64,000 nucleotides of DNA from a virus, in the IMG/VR virus record IMGVR_UViG_3300030103_004875, one strand, 5' to 3'. Made by a program: the position numbers and the translations under genes. This document shows positions 1 through 9,902 of this stretch, one piece after another. Under the pieces are notes generated by a model. That model did not search any database and was not told the DNA's origin. It saw only the letters and a program-made list of their open reading frames with translations. Each line of letters starts with the position of its first letter. Within the stretch, counting starts at the first letter, position 1.

Positions 1-2
1 CG

Positions 3-2000
3 GACAAAGACGGTAATATCATATCAGACGACAATTTCTATACAATTTCATCTGATGGAGTGATTGAAAATTGTGGTATTGGATTGCAAGTAACTCTTAA
101 AAATGATACATCGGGTGGGTATACCATTCCCGGTGGAGCAGAAATTACCAAAATTTATAATATAGGATCCATTCAGGGACCGGATGATACATTCTGTGGT
201 ACTGCCGTAGGAAGGTGTTGTGTTCAGGGTGGTTTCCTTCCAATAGGAATATTGAGTGACGGTCAGCCGTGGGGAGTAACGTATAGCGACTGTAGTATAC
301 AGGATGAGGAAACCTGTATTACCACTCTCGGTGGAGAATGGAATGATGATATTAATGATTGTAGTGTTTGTTCATCTGCTCCGGACGATCATAATGACAC
401 CGATATGGGTCTTGCTCCTTGCTGTGATGAGATCCCCGGAAAATGTTGTGTGGATGGCGTATGTGATGACTTTGTTCTTTTCGCTAATTGCACGGGAACT
501 TGGACGAGTTATTATGACGATGCGAATGTTTGTGATGATGCTTGTCCTAATGCCGGACCAGTCTGTGGGTGTGTGGAGACAGGTGCTTGTTGTTGTGGTC
601 CTACCGATTTAAATGGCTCGTGTCATAATGATATCGCTCCGGAAGATTGTGCTCCGGGGCCCGGTTCCCCGTGTTCCCCTCAATCATTTCCACAGTTCCA
701 AGGAATTGGTACATCATGTCCGAGCCAGAATCAGTGCGATAACGGTAGTGTTCCCTCTGATATAAACGAAGCAAAATGTTGTCCTGCACCACCAGAACCA
801 AAAGATTCGTACTGTGGTAGATCTAACTCAGGATTTGGTTCCGCTAGTTGTTGGGATATAGCATCAAATCCTTTAAGTAATCCACGGATGTGCAATGGTG
901 TCAGTAAACTTAATGGGGGAGCATTGGACTATACAAGTCCATGTGATTATAGAGAAATACGTACAGATGCTTCGGGATTCGTCGTAGATGAACCTGAGTA
1001 CTGTGATGTTAATTGTATATGTTCATGTTTCAAAGAAAACGATAATCCGGGTTGTGGAGGAGATTTGCATAGTTTCGGAACATCAACTAATCATCCTCAA
1101 GGTGAATCTCTTAATCTGGCTGCTCTATGTGAACAGGCAGTTTGTAATGTGAGGCCCTCGTGTTGTGTAGAGCAGCCGGAATGTCCCCTTGGTCAAGACT
1201 GTACTCCTCGATGGGACTCCCAATGCGTTTCTATTGCCGAGAGTCTTTGCACAATTAGTAATTTGGTTGGTTCTATCTCCTCGGATGCCGCCGAGGAAAT
1301 GTCCACTGTTCTCCGAAAGGAATATCCCTCTTGTCCGCAAATTGGCCAGGCGACTCCGTGTATAGACGAGACTAATGAGAACTGGTTAGATTGGTCTAGT
1401 TGTAAAAGTAAATTAGGTGTCCCGGAAGGTAGCGGTGAGTTATGTGGTGAAATTGAGTGTCCTTTAGGTAAAGTTTGCAGTGAAATAACCGAGCAGTGTG
1501 TCAATTGGAGTTGTCCTAATGTCCCATGTAAAGATCTATTCCCGAGTGTTTGTGAGTCGGGTTTCTATGATCAGGGCGATTTATTCGGTGGTGAAGGATA
1601 TAGATGGATAACATCAAGCACAGATGGGTGTGCTTTTGATAATTATCCATACGATATCTACACCGGAGGAGCGTACATCCAACTAGGGCCCGGTTCAGAA
1701 ACATTTTGGAATGATTTCAATACGAGTGCGTTAAGGATTGCATTTGGTTCCCCGGAGGATGCAGAAAATTTCAAAAATAATGGTGGAAAGGTTACACTAG
1801 ATATTAATGGTATAACGAAAGATTTCTTTGCGGCAAGTGCCACACAGTTGACAGGAGGATCTAGTTTTATTGTTATATGGAAGTATTTGGCCAGCGCCGA
1901 TCCAGATGTAAAGACAAGTAGTGCATTCAAAGCCGACGATCTACATGCCATATTAGAAGATATGTCTGTTGGACGGACAATACGAATAACCATTACCTAA
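3..2000 (+). CDS. Cysteine-rich repeat protein, probably virion-surface; 5'-truncated by the window edge
   Basis: Frame is open from nt 3 (DKDGNIISDD...) into the listed ORF; very high Cys content with repeated xxCC motifs (GRCC, GKCC, GACCC, PSCC..WDSQCV). Confidence 0.7.
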   Translation, partial: DKDGNIISDDNFYTISSDGVIENCGIGLQVTLKNDTSGGYTIPGGAEITKIYNIGSIQGPDDTFCGTAVGRCCVQGGFLPIGILSDGQPWGVTYSDCSIQDEETCITTLGGEWNDDINDCSVCSSAPDDHNDTDMGLAPCCDEIPGKCCVDGVCDDFVLFANCTGTWTSYYDDANVCDDACPNAGPVCGCVETGACCCGPTDLNGSCHNDIAPEDCAPGPGSPCSPQSFPQFQGIGTSCPSQNQCDNGSVPSDINEAKCCPAPPEPKDSYCGRSNSGFGSASCWDIASNPLSNPRMCNGVSKLNGGALDYTSPCDYREIRTDASGFVVDEPEYCDVNCICSCFKENDNPGCGGDLHSFGTSTNHPQGESLNLAALCEQAVCNVRPSCCVEQPECPLGQDCTPRWDSQCVSIAESLCTISNLVGSISSDAAEEMSTVLRKEYPSCPQIGQATPCIDETNENWLDWSSCKSKLGVPEGSGELCGEIECPLGKVCSEITEQCVNWSCPNVPCKDLFPSVCESGFYDQGDLFGGEGYRWITSSTDGCAFDNYPYDIYTGGAYIQLGPGSETFWNDFNTSALRIAFGSPEDAENFKNNGGKVTLDINGITKDFFAASATQLTGGSSFIVIWKYLASADPDVKTSSAFKADDLHAILEDMSVGRTIRITIT

Positions 2001-2006
2001 TTCTTC

Positions 2007-2034
2007 TTGACATATTTTTTATGTGTGATATAAT
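2007..2034 (+). promoter_or_regulatory. Sigma70-type promoter with extended -10; probably yields a leaderless mRNA
   Basis: TTGACA 2007-2012, 16-nt spacer ending in TGA, TATAAT 2029-2034; ATG at 2041 with no SD. Confidence 0.75.
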
Positions 2035-2040
2035 TACCGC

Positions 2041-3627
2041 ATGACTGTCCCGTACCAACGAAATGATTATGTAATTAATCACGAGGTGAATGTCTGTTTC
2101 GAGGATCTACTCGAAATGACACCCGATGAGTTTCGAGTGTGGGTTGGCAAAATGCGAGATGTACTGAGGCACTCTTGGGACACCTATGACTGCCCTCCTC
2201 GAACTGGCAAACCAGAGTCCAAGATTATTGAAAACTGGAACAAACTAGAAACCTATCCAGTTCATGAATTTGAACACGATGACGAATTGAGTGACACGCC
2301 GAAAGATGTGATTATCAATAAGTCTCGTGGCGGTTCTGAGGTTGATCAATTCTTTGAGAATATGTTCAGGACTCGGATTAATTATACCGATAAAGATAAT
2401 GGGTACTCTATCTACGATTTGATTGCAGATCCCGATAGACTCGATCAGGTGTACAAGGGTTCCCTCAGACACTTCAGACGGGATTCTTTTTACAACTACG
2501 CACTATCTGCTATCAAGAACAGTAAAAAGTATTCAGTCGTATCTGTGGACTCTGGTGAAGAATGGATTCGTGTGTTTTTCGAACAGCCCTCTCTATTCGG
2601 AGATCACGACTTTATATTGGAGCAGGTGAAACTTCGTGACGGACTCAATTCTGGTTACTTTCAACTGGAACAATCAGAAATTCTACAACTGACAAAGGAT
2701 CAAGTTCAGAAATTTAAGGATTGTGGTTGGTTACAGTATCGTCATCATTCTACATTCGATATCGAGAATATGCCCGATGATCGTGTGTATTCTATTCGCC
2801 TCTACACAAAGGGAAAGAAACTGTTCCCTGCTTGCTTTAAGGCTTTTAGAATTGGATATATTCAACCAGCAGTTAATTTTCCTCCCATGACGGCTAAATA
2901 CTTATATGAAAGATTTACTGAACACATCTCCGACAAAACAGATTTGCGAATCTATGATCCGAGTTCTGGTTGGGGTGGCCGTATCCTTGGCGCTATGTCT
3001 GTCCGTGACGATCGCCATATTCGTTACATTGGCACTGATCCCAATCCTGATAATTTCTTTGATGATGGGACTTCTAAATACTCTATGGTTGCGGATTTTT
3101 ACAACACCAAAACCACAAGATCCAATTCTTTCTTCTCCGACACAAATGAATACGAAGTATATCAACTAGGATCAGAAGAGGTTCGTAATGATCCTGATTT
3201 CCAGAGACATAGAGGAAAGGTGGATCTAATATTCACCTCTCCGCCATACTTCAATAGAGAAGCGTATAGCGAAGATGAGAACCAGTCATACAAGAAGTAT
3301 GGTTCTACTTATGAATCGTGGAGAGACGGGTTCCTGCGTCCTACGCTGGAGACCTGTGCGGAGTGGTTGAGGCCGGGAAGATACCTGCTATGGAACATAG
3401 CAGACATTCTGGTAAAGGGAGATTATCTTCCACTAGAAGAGGATTCACAAAAAATCCTCGAAGAAATGGGCTTGGAGTATAAATATAAATTGAAAATGGC
3501 ATTAGAAGGAATGCCCGGACAAAATAGAGTAGGGGAAGATGGAAAGCCTCTTTGTAAGAATTATTGTAAAGTGAATGGAAAACATTTAAAATATGAACCA
3601 GTTTATGTTTTTTGGAAACCACAATGA
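2041..3627 (+). CDS. Amino (N4-C/N6-A) DNA methyltransferase
   Basis: SAM-binding motif YDPSSGWGGR followed by catalytic FTSPPYF. Confidence 0.85.
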   Translation: MTVPYQRNDYVINHEVNVCFEDLLEMTPDEFRVWVGKMRDVLRHSWDTYDCPPRTGKPESKIIENWNKLETYPVHEFEHDDELSDTPKDVIINKSRGGSEVDQFFENMFRTRINYTDKDNGYSIYDLIADPDRLDQVYKGSLRHFRRDSFYNYALSAIKNSKKYSVVSVDSGEEWIRVFFEQPSLFGDHDFILEQVKLRDGLNSGYFQLEQSEILQLTKDQVQKFKDCGWLQYRHHSTFDIENMPDDRVYSIRLYTKGKKLFPACFKAFRIGYIQPAVNFPPMTAKYLYERFTEHISDKTDLRIYDPSSGWGGRILGAMSVRDDRHIRYIGTDPNPDNFFDDGTSKYSMVADFYNTKTTRSNSFFSDTNEYEVYQLGSEEVRNDPDFQRHRGKVDLIFTSPPYFNREAYSEDENQSYKKYGSTYESWRDGFLRPTLETCAEWLRPGRYLLWNIADILVKGDYLPLEEDSQKILEEMGLEYKYKLKMALEGMPGQNRVGEDGKPLCKNYCKVNGKHLKYEPVYVFWKPQ

Positions 3628-4319
3628 ATAGCAGCGAAGAACTAGGATATCGTTTAGAGTCAATGTTTGATGAGTATCTAACCAAGATACAAAATAATGA
3701 ATCTAGTAGAAAGCCTCGATTCTCTAATATTATAGATTCATACAAGACTCCGAAGAAAACTCAAAAAGAATTGTTGGAGATATTTTCTCGCAATCAAGAT
3801 GAGATTCGTTGTGCTATTAGGGGAACAGATCCTCAATGCTCCGAGGCATGGTCTTTTCTGTCTACCACTAAACTTATCAAAATCGATGAGTATCTCACTT
3901 TATTGGTGGATGTTCTAGAGAAAAATAGTAAGATTACACGAAGAAAAAAGAAAATTAATCCTTCTAAACTGATTAAAAATTTGAAGTTTATGAAGGAAGA
4001 CAGTAAGTTAAATATTAAGTCTGTCGATCCAATAAATATAGTTGGTGCGAAGTGTTGTATTCTATATCATAAGAAAAACAATAGAATTGTTTTTCTTGAG
4101 AGTGAAGAGGGATTCACCGTATCAGGCACAACGATCAAGAACTTTAATACAGAAACTTCAGTCATGAAAGCCATACGAAACAACAAACAAATCCTCTCTG
4201 CAATAGTAAACGGCACTCCCCTCTCTGCAAAAAGGCAGATTGATTCTTTAAAATCTAAGTCAATTCCGGCAGTTGGAAGAACAAACGATGAAACGATTAT
4301 ATTGCGGGTGAGTCCATGA
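3612..4319 (+). CDS. Hypothetical protein, resembles conserved T4-like phage proteins
   Basis: 235-aa ORF coupled to its neighbours; basic C-terminal half. Confidence 0.6.
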   Translation: METTMNSSEELGYRLESMFDEYLTKIQNNESSRKPRFSNIIDSYKTPKKTQKELLEIFSRNQDEIRCAIRGTDPQCSEAWSFLSTTKLIKIDEYLTLLVDVLEKNSKITRRKKKINPSKLIKNLKFMKEDSKLNIKSVDPINIVGAKCCILYHKKNNRIVFLESEEGFTVSGTTIKNFNTETSVMKAIRNNKQILSAIVNGTPLSAKRQIDSLKSKSIPAVGRTNDETIILRVSP

Positions 4320-4618
4320 ACGAGAATATTGATTCATTTGTTATTCGCAGAGAATATCAAAAGGGTGATCATTATGACTATGGGGATCTTGTTGAATATA
4401 ATGGAAGTTCATTTTTGGCTTTGCAGTCCGGTAAACTGCCACCACCACTAGTCAACACTGAACTTTGGTATAGATTAAGTTCCATGACAAAATGTTATAG
4501 ATCAGAAACCGCACCTAAATTTTCAGAAGAAGGTGATAAATGGTTGGACCCAACCGCTGGTGTATTGTATACTAGAGTAAAGCAGACAAACGGTGTCATG
4601 TTTTGGATTGAATTTTAG
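4316..4618 (+). CDS. Small fibre-associated-like protein (aromatic beta-module plus GDKW..FWIEF tail)
   Basis: YDYGDLVEYNG module; C-terminus resembles that of the collagen protein at 26086-27489. Confidence 0.55.
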   Translation: MNENIDSFVIRREYQKGDHYDYGDLVEYNGSSFLALQSGKLPPPLVNTELWYRLSSMTKCYRSETAPKFSEEGDKWLDPTAGVLYTRVKQTNGVMFWIEF

Positions 4619-4647
4619 TAACTTTTTTTTTATTTTTGGATTAAACT

Positions 4648-5496
4648 TTGATACTTCTTGATAATAATCAAATACTTCTTGCCAATATTTTTCAGACTAT
4701 GAAACAGGTGGATACTATTGATGAAAATATGCTAAGGCATATGGTTCTCAACACATACAGAATGTATAGATCCATGTTCAAAGACGAGTATGGAGAACTT
4801 GTAATCTGCCATGACTCCAGCAATTGTTGGAGAAAAGACCTATTTTCTTACTATAAGCAAAATAGGAAGACGAAGCAAGATGAATCTGATGTTGATTGGA
4901 AGAGTATATATGATGCTCTCCATGAAATTCGTACAGAAATACAACACAATTTCCCGTACAAGAATATTAAAGTTGACAGAGCAGAGGCTGACGACATCAT
5001 CGCGGTTATTTGTAAAGAGTATCATTCAAAAGAGAAAATTATAATTCTTTCTAATGATAAAGACTTCAAACAACTACAAAAATTTGAAAATGTTAGGCAA
5101 TATTCCTGTATCAAGAAAGATTATCTCATATGTGATGATCCTGATTTTTTTCTAGTTGATCATATTATTAGGGGGGATACCTCTGATGGTATCCCAAATA
5201 TCATGTCAGATGATGATACATTTGTAGTAAAAACTAAAAGACAAAAAAGATTAACTAAAGCCGTTATTTCTGATATTTTAGAAACGTATAACACAACTGG
5301 ATCACCTCCAGAATATTGCTCGGCGGGCTGGGATAGGAATGAAAAATTAATTGACTTGGATTCTGTACCTGATACAATACAGAAAGAAATTATTAACCAA
5401 TACGAAAATAATTCTCACGGAGACAGATCCAAAATTCTTAACTATATGATAGACAATAGACTTAAAAATCTTATAGAGAATCTTGGAGATTTCTGA
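4648..5496 (+). CDS. rnh: T4-type RNase H / 5'-3' flap exonuclease
   Basis: N-terminal ILLD, WRK..F..YK.NR, EADDII, SNDKDF.QL and GDTSDGIPN motifs. Confidence 0.92.
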   Translation: MILLDNNQILLANIFQTMKQVDTIDENMLRHMVLNTYRMYRSMFKDEYGELVICHDSSNCWRKDLFSYYKQNRKTKQDESDVDWKSIYDALHEIRTEIQHNFPYKNIKVDRAEADDIIAVICKEYHSKEKIIILSNDKDFKQLQKFENVRQYSCIKKDYLICDDPDFFLVDHIIRGDTSDGIPNIMSDDDTFVVKTKRQKRLTKAVISDILETYNTTGSPPEYCSAGWDRNEKLIDLDSVPDTIQKEIINQYENNSHGDRSKILNYMIDNRLKNLIENLGDF

Positions 5497-5499
5497 AAA

Positions 5500-5667
5500 A
5501 TGAAAAGAAGTAATAATAAAACAGATGAGTCGGAGGCTTACCGTAAAAGAAAAGAACGATCATATAAAAAAGCCTCTCGAAAAAAAGATAAGAGTTACCT
5601 AAAAAATATTAAAAAGGGTAATATGGATTATGATGATTATATGGAAAAAATGGAGGATCAATTTTGA
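5500..5667 (+). CDS. Small basic hypothetical protein (55 aa), not in the ORF track
   Basis: Read manually: ATG 5500 to TGA 5667, MKRSNNKTDESEAYRKRKERS...; TGATG overlap with gp45. Confidence 0.55.
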   Translation: MKRSNNKTDESEAYRKRKERSYKKASRKKDKSYLKNIKKGNMDYDDYMEKMEDQF

Positions 5668-6359
5668 TGGTAAGTGAAGCAACAAAACTCAGCAAGGAAA
5701 CACTTGCGGTACTTAAGAATTTTTCTAGTTTAAATTCTAACATTTTAGTACAGGAGGGCAATGTTATTGAAACTATTACCCCCACTAAAAATGTTATGGC
5801 TAGAGCAGTAGTTGATGAAGAGTTTTCTACTAAGTTTGGTATTTGGGATCTTAGTAAGTTTTTATCTGTGGTTTCGATGTTTGATTCTCCAGAATTTACT
5901 TTCGATGATAAGTATGTGCTGATTGGTGACGGGAAGAAGAGTTCGGTAAAGTATCATTATTGTGAACCATCTTTACTTACGGTTCCGACTAAACAGGTAA
6001 ATATGCCAGATACTGCGTTGACAATTGACATGACAAATTTTATGTTTAACGAACTAACAAAGGCTTCTTCTGTTCTACAGGTTCAGGACCTAAGAATTTG
6101 TCCGAGTGATGACGGTTCGGAGATACTTGGTATTGTTCATGATGTGAATGATCCTACTAGTAATCATTATTCGATCTCTCTGGGAGAAAACACAGTTGAT
6201 GCCTCATATCAGTTTGATTTTAAGATCAATCTTTTGCGTCTGTTTCCCGGAAATTATACGGTAGATTTTACTGAAACTGTTATCAGTAAGTTTACTCATA
6301 GTGATTTTGATCTTACTTACTGGATTGCACTAGAAACCTCTAGCAAATTTGATGGGTGA
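5667..6359 (+). CDS. 45: Sliding clamp gp45
   Basis: KLSKETLAVLKNFSSLN, FGIWDL..FL, Y.IALE motifs; T4 gene order. Confidence 0.92.
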   Translation: MVSEATKLSKETLAVLKNFSSLNSNILVQEGNVIETITPTKNVMARAVVDEEFSTKFGIWDLSKFLSVVSMFDSPEFTFDDKYVLIGDGKKSSVKYHYCEPSLLTVPTKQVNMPDTALTIDMTNFMFNELTKASSVLQVQDLRICPSDDGSEILGIVHDVNDPTSNHYSISLGENTVDASYQFDFKINLLRLFPGNYTVDFTETVISKFTHSDFDLTYWIALETSSKFDG

Positions 6360-6368
6360 TTATATTAA

Positions 6369-7307
6369 ATGATTGATCATGGATTGTTTGTCGAAAAATA
6401 TCGACCAAAGACAATTGAAGATTGTATACTTCCGCAAAGTTTGAAGGATACTTTGTCTGGGATTATTAAGTCTGGCCAGTCTCAAAATTTACTACTTTAC
6501 GGTGGAGCAGGAGTTGGCAAGACTACAGTTGCTCGTGCAGTTTGTAATGAGTTAAATGCAGATTATATACTCATAAACTGTTCAGAGGAGGGTAACATTG
6601 ACACTCTTCGAACAAAGATTCGTCAGTTTGCAAGCACTGTCTCGCTGAATGGTGGAAGTAAAATTGTTATTCTAGACGAATTTGATTATAGTAATGCACA
6701 AAGTATTCAACCAGCACTTCGTGGTGCAATTGAAGAGTTCTCTAAGAACTGTAGATTTATAATTACATGTAACTATAAGAATAGGATTATATCTCCTATT
6801 CATTCCAGATGTACTAATATTGAGTTTAAAATTCCAGCAAAAGAGAAGCCTGGAATTGCAATTCAAATCCTTTCGAGACTAGAAGAGATTTTAAGCACGG
6901 AGAAAATACCGTATGAGAAGTCTGTTCTTGTTAGTCTAATTACGAAATACTTCCCAGATATTCGAAGGATTCTTAATGAACTCCAGAGATATTCTGTATC
7001 TGGTCTTATTGATGTTGGTATTCTTTCTTCCATAGGGGAGTTGCAAGTAAAGGATCTTGTATCTGCCATGAAGAATCGAGACTTTGCTTCCTGTAGAAAA
7101 TGGGTTGCAGAAAACATAGATAATTCGCAGACGGAACTTTTTCGTAAGATTTATGATGGATTGAATGAACATATGAAGCCGTCTTCAATTCCTCAAGCAA
7201 TTCTTATTATTGCCGAGTATCAATACAAGTCTGCATTCGTTGCAGATCAAGAAATTAACCTTACCGCGTGTATCGTGGAACTTATGATGGAGTGTGAATT
7301 TAAATGA
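6369..7307 (+). CDS. 44: Clamp loader large subunit gp44
   Basis: VEKYRP, Walker A GGAGVGKT, DEFD and SRC motifs. Confidence 0.95.
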   Translation: MIDHGLFVEKYRPKTIEDCILPQSLKDTLSGIIKSGQSQNLLLYGGAGVGKTTVARAVCNELNADYILINCSEEGNIDTLRTKIRQFASTVSLNGGSKIVILDEFDYSNAQSIQPALRGAIEEFSKNCRFIITCNYKNRIISPIHSRCTNIEFKIPAKEKPGIAIQILSRLEEILSTEKIPYEKSVLVSLITKYFPDIRRILNELQRYSVSGLIDVGILSSIGELQVKDLVSAMKNRDFASCRKWVAENIDNSQTELFRKIYDGLNEHMKPSSIPQAILIIAEYQYKSAFVADQEINLTACIVELMMECEFK

Positions 7308-7618
7308 AAAATTTTATGGCGCAGGGAGACTTCCTGTTGGTAGAAAAAATTGATTATGAAGAAGAGAGAACTACGGATTCTGGTATTATTTTTAAAACCA
7401 GCCAAGTTCTAGATACCACCTTTGCAGAGGCAAAGATTATTAGTATGGGCCCCGGAGTTCCCGGAGTGGATGGAAAAATATCCAATCATATTGATTATTC
7501 TGTTGGTGATATTATTCTTTATAATGCAGCCGATCGTATTGGAGTGCATAGCGATTTCGATGTTATTAGACGATCTAATATTATAGCAGTGGTTGGAAAA
7601 TCTGATGAAACTGACTGA
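7304..7618 (+). CDS. GroES-like co-chaperonin (gp31 analogue)
   Basis: GD.LLVE, mobile loop T.SGII, GPG, VGD.I, I.R.S.IIAVV pattern. Confidence 0.75.
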   Translation: MKNFMAQGDFLLVEKIDYEEERTTDSGIIFKTSQVLDTTFAEAKIISMGPGVPGVDGKISNHIDYSVGDIILYNAADRIGVHSDFDVIRRSNIIAVVGKSDETD

Positions 7619-7982
7619 GTATCTAAACTCAATCAATTATGAGAAGAATAATATATTTCTCAATGATCCAGAATTAGCAGAAAAAAACTATCTTCCTTAT
7701 GTCATAAACAGGTGTTTGTCCTATTTTACGGACACAATTTTACATGCAAATCAGATGAATATGCATTCTGATCTTAGTGGTAAAATGCAATATGATTACT
7801 ACATGGAAACCATCAGAAAGAGAAAGAGATTCAGTAAATGGATTAAAAATGAGATAACTGATGACCTTCAGTTGGTAATGGATGAATTTAAATGTTCTGC
7901 TCCAAAAGCAAAAAACATACTACCTCTACTGTCCGATGAGTATATCAGCCATCTAAAGGACCTAAATGTACAGAAAACATAA
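7605..7982 (+). CDS. 62: Clamp loader small subunit gp62
   Basis: YLNSIN..K, Y.PY.INR.LS, MQYDY, RKRKRFSKW.K motifs. Confidence 0.92.
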   Translation: MKLTEYLNSINYEKNNIFLNDPELAEKNYLPYVINRCLSYFTDTILHANQMNMHSDLSGKMQYDYYMETIRKRKRFSKWIKNEITDDLQLVMDEFKCSAPKAKNILPLLSDEYISHLKDLNVQKT

Positions 7983-7985
7983 ATA
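7978..7985 (+). promoter_or_regulatory. T4-like late promoter (CATAAATA) upstream of regA
   Basis: Matches NATAAATA about 30 nt before the ATG. Confidence 0.5.
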
Positions 7986-8016
7986 TTTGTAAAATGTACT
8001 CTTAGTGAGGTGATTT

Positions 8017-8418
8017 ATGGAAACTGAGGATGTCTTTAACGGACTGGGTATTGAAGTTCGACTGGAAGAAGAAGATGATTTTTTAATGGTTAAGGAGACA
8101 TTAACTCGAATGGGTGTCTCCTCCAGAAAAGAAAATAAATTATTCCAATCATGTCATATTCTTCATAAACGTGGAAGATATGCCATTATGCATTTCAAGG
8201 AACTATTCATTCTGGATGGATTGGAAAGTGATATATCGGAATCGGATGTTGGACGTAGGAATTTAATAGCCAAACTGGTAGATGAATGGGAACTCTGTGA
8301 AATCTTAAATCCCGAAAAAATCAAAGATCCAATTGCTAGTATGGGACAGATTAAAATAATCCCCCATAAAGATAAAAAGGATTGGGAACTGATACCTAAA
8401 TACCATATTGGAAAGTAA
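8017..8418 (+). CDS. regA: Translational repressor RegA
   Basis: DDFL.VKETLTR.G, LFQSCHILHKRGRY.I.HFKELF.LDG, W.L..KY.IG. Confidence 0.95.
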   Translation: METEDVFNGLGIEVRLEEEDDFLMVKETLTRMGVSSRKENKLFQSCHILHKRGRYAIMHFKELFILDGLESDISESDVGRRNLIAKLVDEWELCEILNPEKIKDPIASMGQIKIIPHKDKKDWELIPKYHIGK

Positions 8419-8424
8419 TTTATA

Positions 8425-9057
8425 ATGACAAAAGTGATTTCTTTTTATTCTGATGTAAATGAGGATAAATACTACACAAAGTGTGCGGATAGACTTCGGG
8501 AAATGTCTTCCCGTTTTTCTCTAGACTTACACCTAGAGGAAAAGGAATCTCTGGGTTCCTATAGAAATAATTGTTTATCGAAACCAAAGTTTATTAAAGA
8601 TAAACTGGAAGAACTCAAACAACCACTGGTGTGGACTGATGTTGATACAGTTTTTAGGCAATATCCACAGGCATTTGATATGGTTCCGGAACATGTTGAT
8701 GTTGCTTTTTCATCCTCATCTCCTGATCTCAGAGGAATGAAGGCCTCTCCTTTGTATTTTAATTATACGGATGGGGCTTTATTTTTCTTGGACGAATGGA
8801 TAAATCGATCGGAACAGGTTTTATTGGATATGGATGTAAACTTTGATCACGAAGTTTTATTTGGAATATTTGGTTCTTGCCAGGAAATGGTGAAGTATGG
8901 CGTATTCCCACCAACATACTGTGTATGGCCGCAGGATGTGAATGAATATACAGTAATTGAGATGGGAATGTCGGACGTTCCTGATAAGATAGAAGTTTTA
9001 AAGAAAATGGGTATAGATGGTAACCTTTTAGCAATACAAACAGTGGGAATACTATGA
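8425..9057 (+). CDS. Nucleotide-diphospho-sugar transferase (GT-A fold)
   Basis: KP.FI...L and W.DVD (DxD) motifs. Confidence 0.7.
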   Translation: MTKVISFYSDVNEDKYYTKCADRLREMSSRFSLDLHLEEKESLGSYRNNCLSKPKFIKDKLEELKQPLVWTDVDTVFRQYPQAFDMVPEHVDVAFSSSSPDLRGMKASPLYFNYTDGALFFLDEWINRSEQVLLDMDVNFDHEVLFGIFGSCQEMVKYGVFPPTYCVWPQDVNEYTVIEMGMSDVPDKIEVLKKMGIDGNLLAIQTVGIL

Positions 9058-9902
9058 AAAAACTACAGTGTGTGGGTGCTGGATTCAATCCAGATCAATC
9101 TTCTAATTCAAATTTAAAACCAAAAACATTTGAATGGTCAAATGAACATCAAGATATTCAAATCTTGATCGATAACTCTATTCTATATGCAAACAAAATA
9201 GATAAGAGATTTGATCAGAAGAGATATGGATGGGTGTGTGAGTCATCAGCAATAGTTCCTCAACTTGCACAATCACTGGAGGACTTCTATGAAGTTATTA
9301 TAGAAGAAGGTGAGTTCGAGGCTATATTTACTAATAATCAAAAATTGTTAGGTCTTGATGATCGTTTCATTTATAATTCAACTGGTAGTAATTTTCCGTG
9401 GATTCCTGTAGAGTCATGGGGAATGCACGACAAAATAAAATTATGTTCTATGGTTGCTTCTCCTAAATTGGCATGTCCCGGACATCAATATAGGCATGAA
9501 ATTGCTTCTAAGTTTAAAAATAAATTAGATTTATTTGGGGGTGCATGTGACTCTCCCCGAATAGGTATTTCTGATGATTTAAATTTGAAATGGAATGATA
9601 AACGATCTGCTATATGTCCATATATGTTCTCGGTAGTAATGGAGAACGAATCTGTTCCAAATTATTATACAGAAAAGGTGACAGATTGTTTTGCGGTAGG
9701 AACGGTTCCCATTTACTGGGGTGCAACGAACATTGGACATCGATTTGATGATCGTGGAATTATATCATTAGATGATAATTTTGATATAGACTCTTTGAGT
9801 GCGGACTTATATGAATCTATGAAACCTTATATTCAAAATAATTTAGAGACAGTACGATCTTTAGAAATGGCTGATGATGAACTTGCAAACAAAATCCTAT
9901 AA
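9054..9902 (+). CDS. GT10 (fucosyltransferase-like) glycosyltransferase
   Basis: YMFSVVMEN...NYYTEKVTDCF..GTVPIYWG signature. Confidence 0.8.
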   Translation: MKKLQCVGAGFNPDQSSNSNLKPKTFEWSNEHQDIQILIDNSILYANKIDKRFDQKRYGWVCESSAIVPQLAQSLEDFYEVIIEEGEFEAIFTNNQKLLGLDDRFIYNSTGSNFPWIPVESWGMHDKIKLCSMVASPKLACPGHQYRHEIASKFKNKLDLFGGACDSPRIGISDDLNLKWNDKRSAICPYMFSVVMENESVPNYYTEKVTDCFAVGTVPIYWGATNIGHRFDDRGIISLDDNFDIDSLSADLYESMKPYIQNNLETVRSLEMADDELANKIL

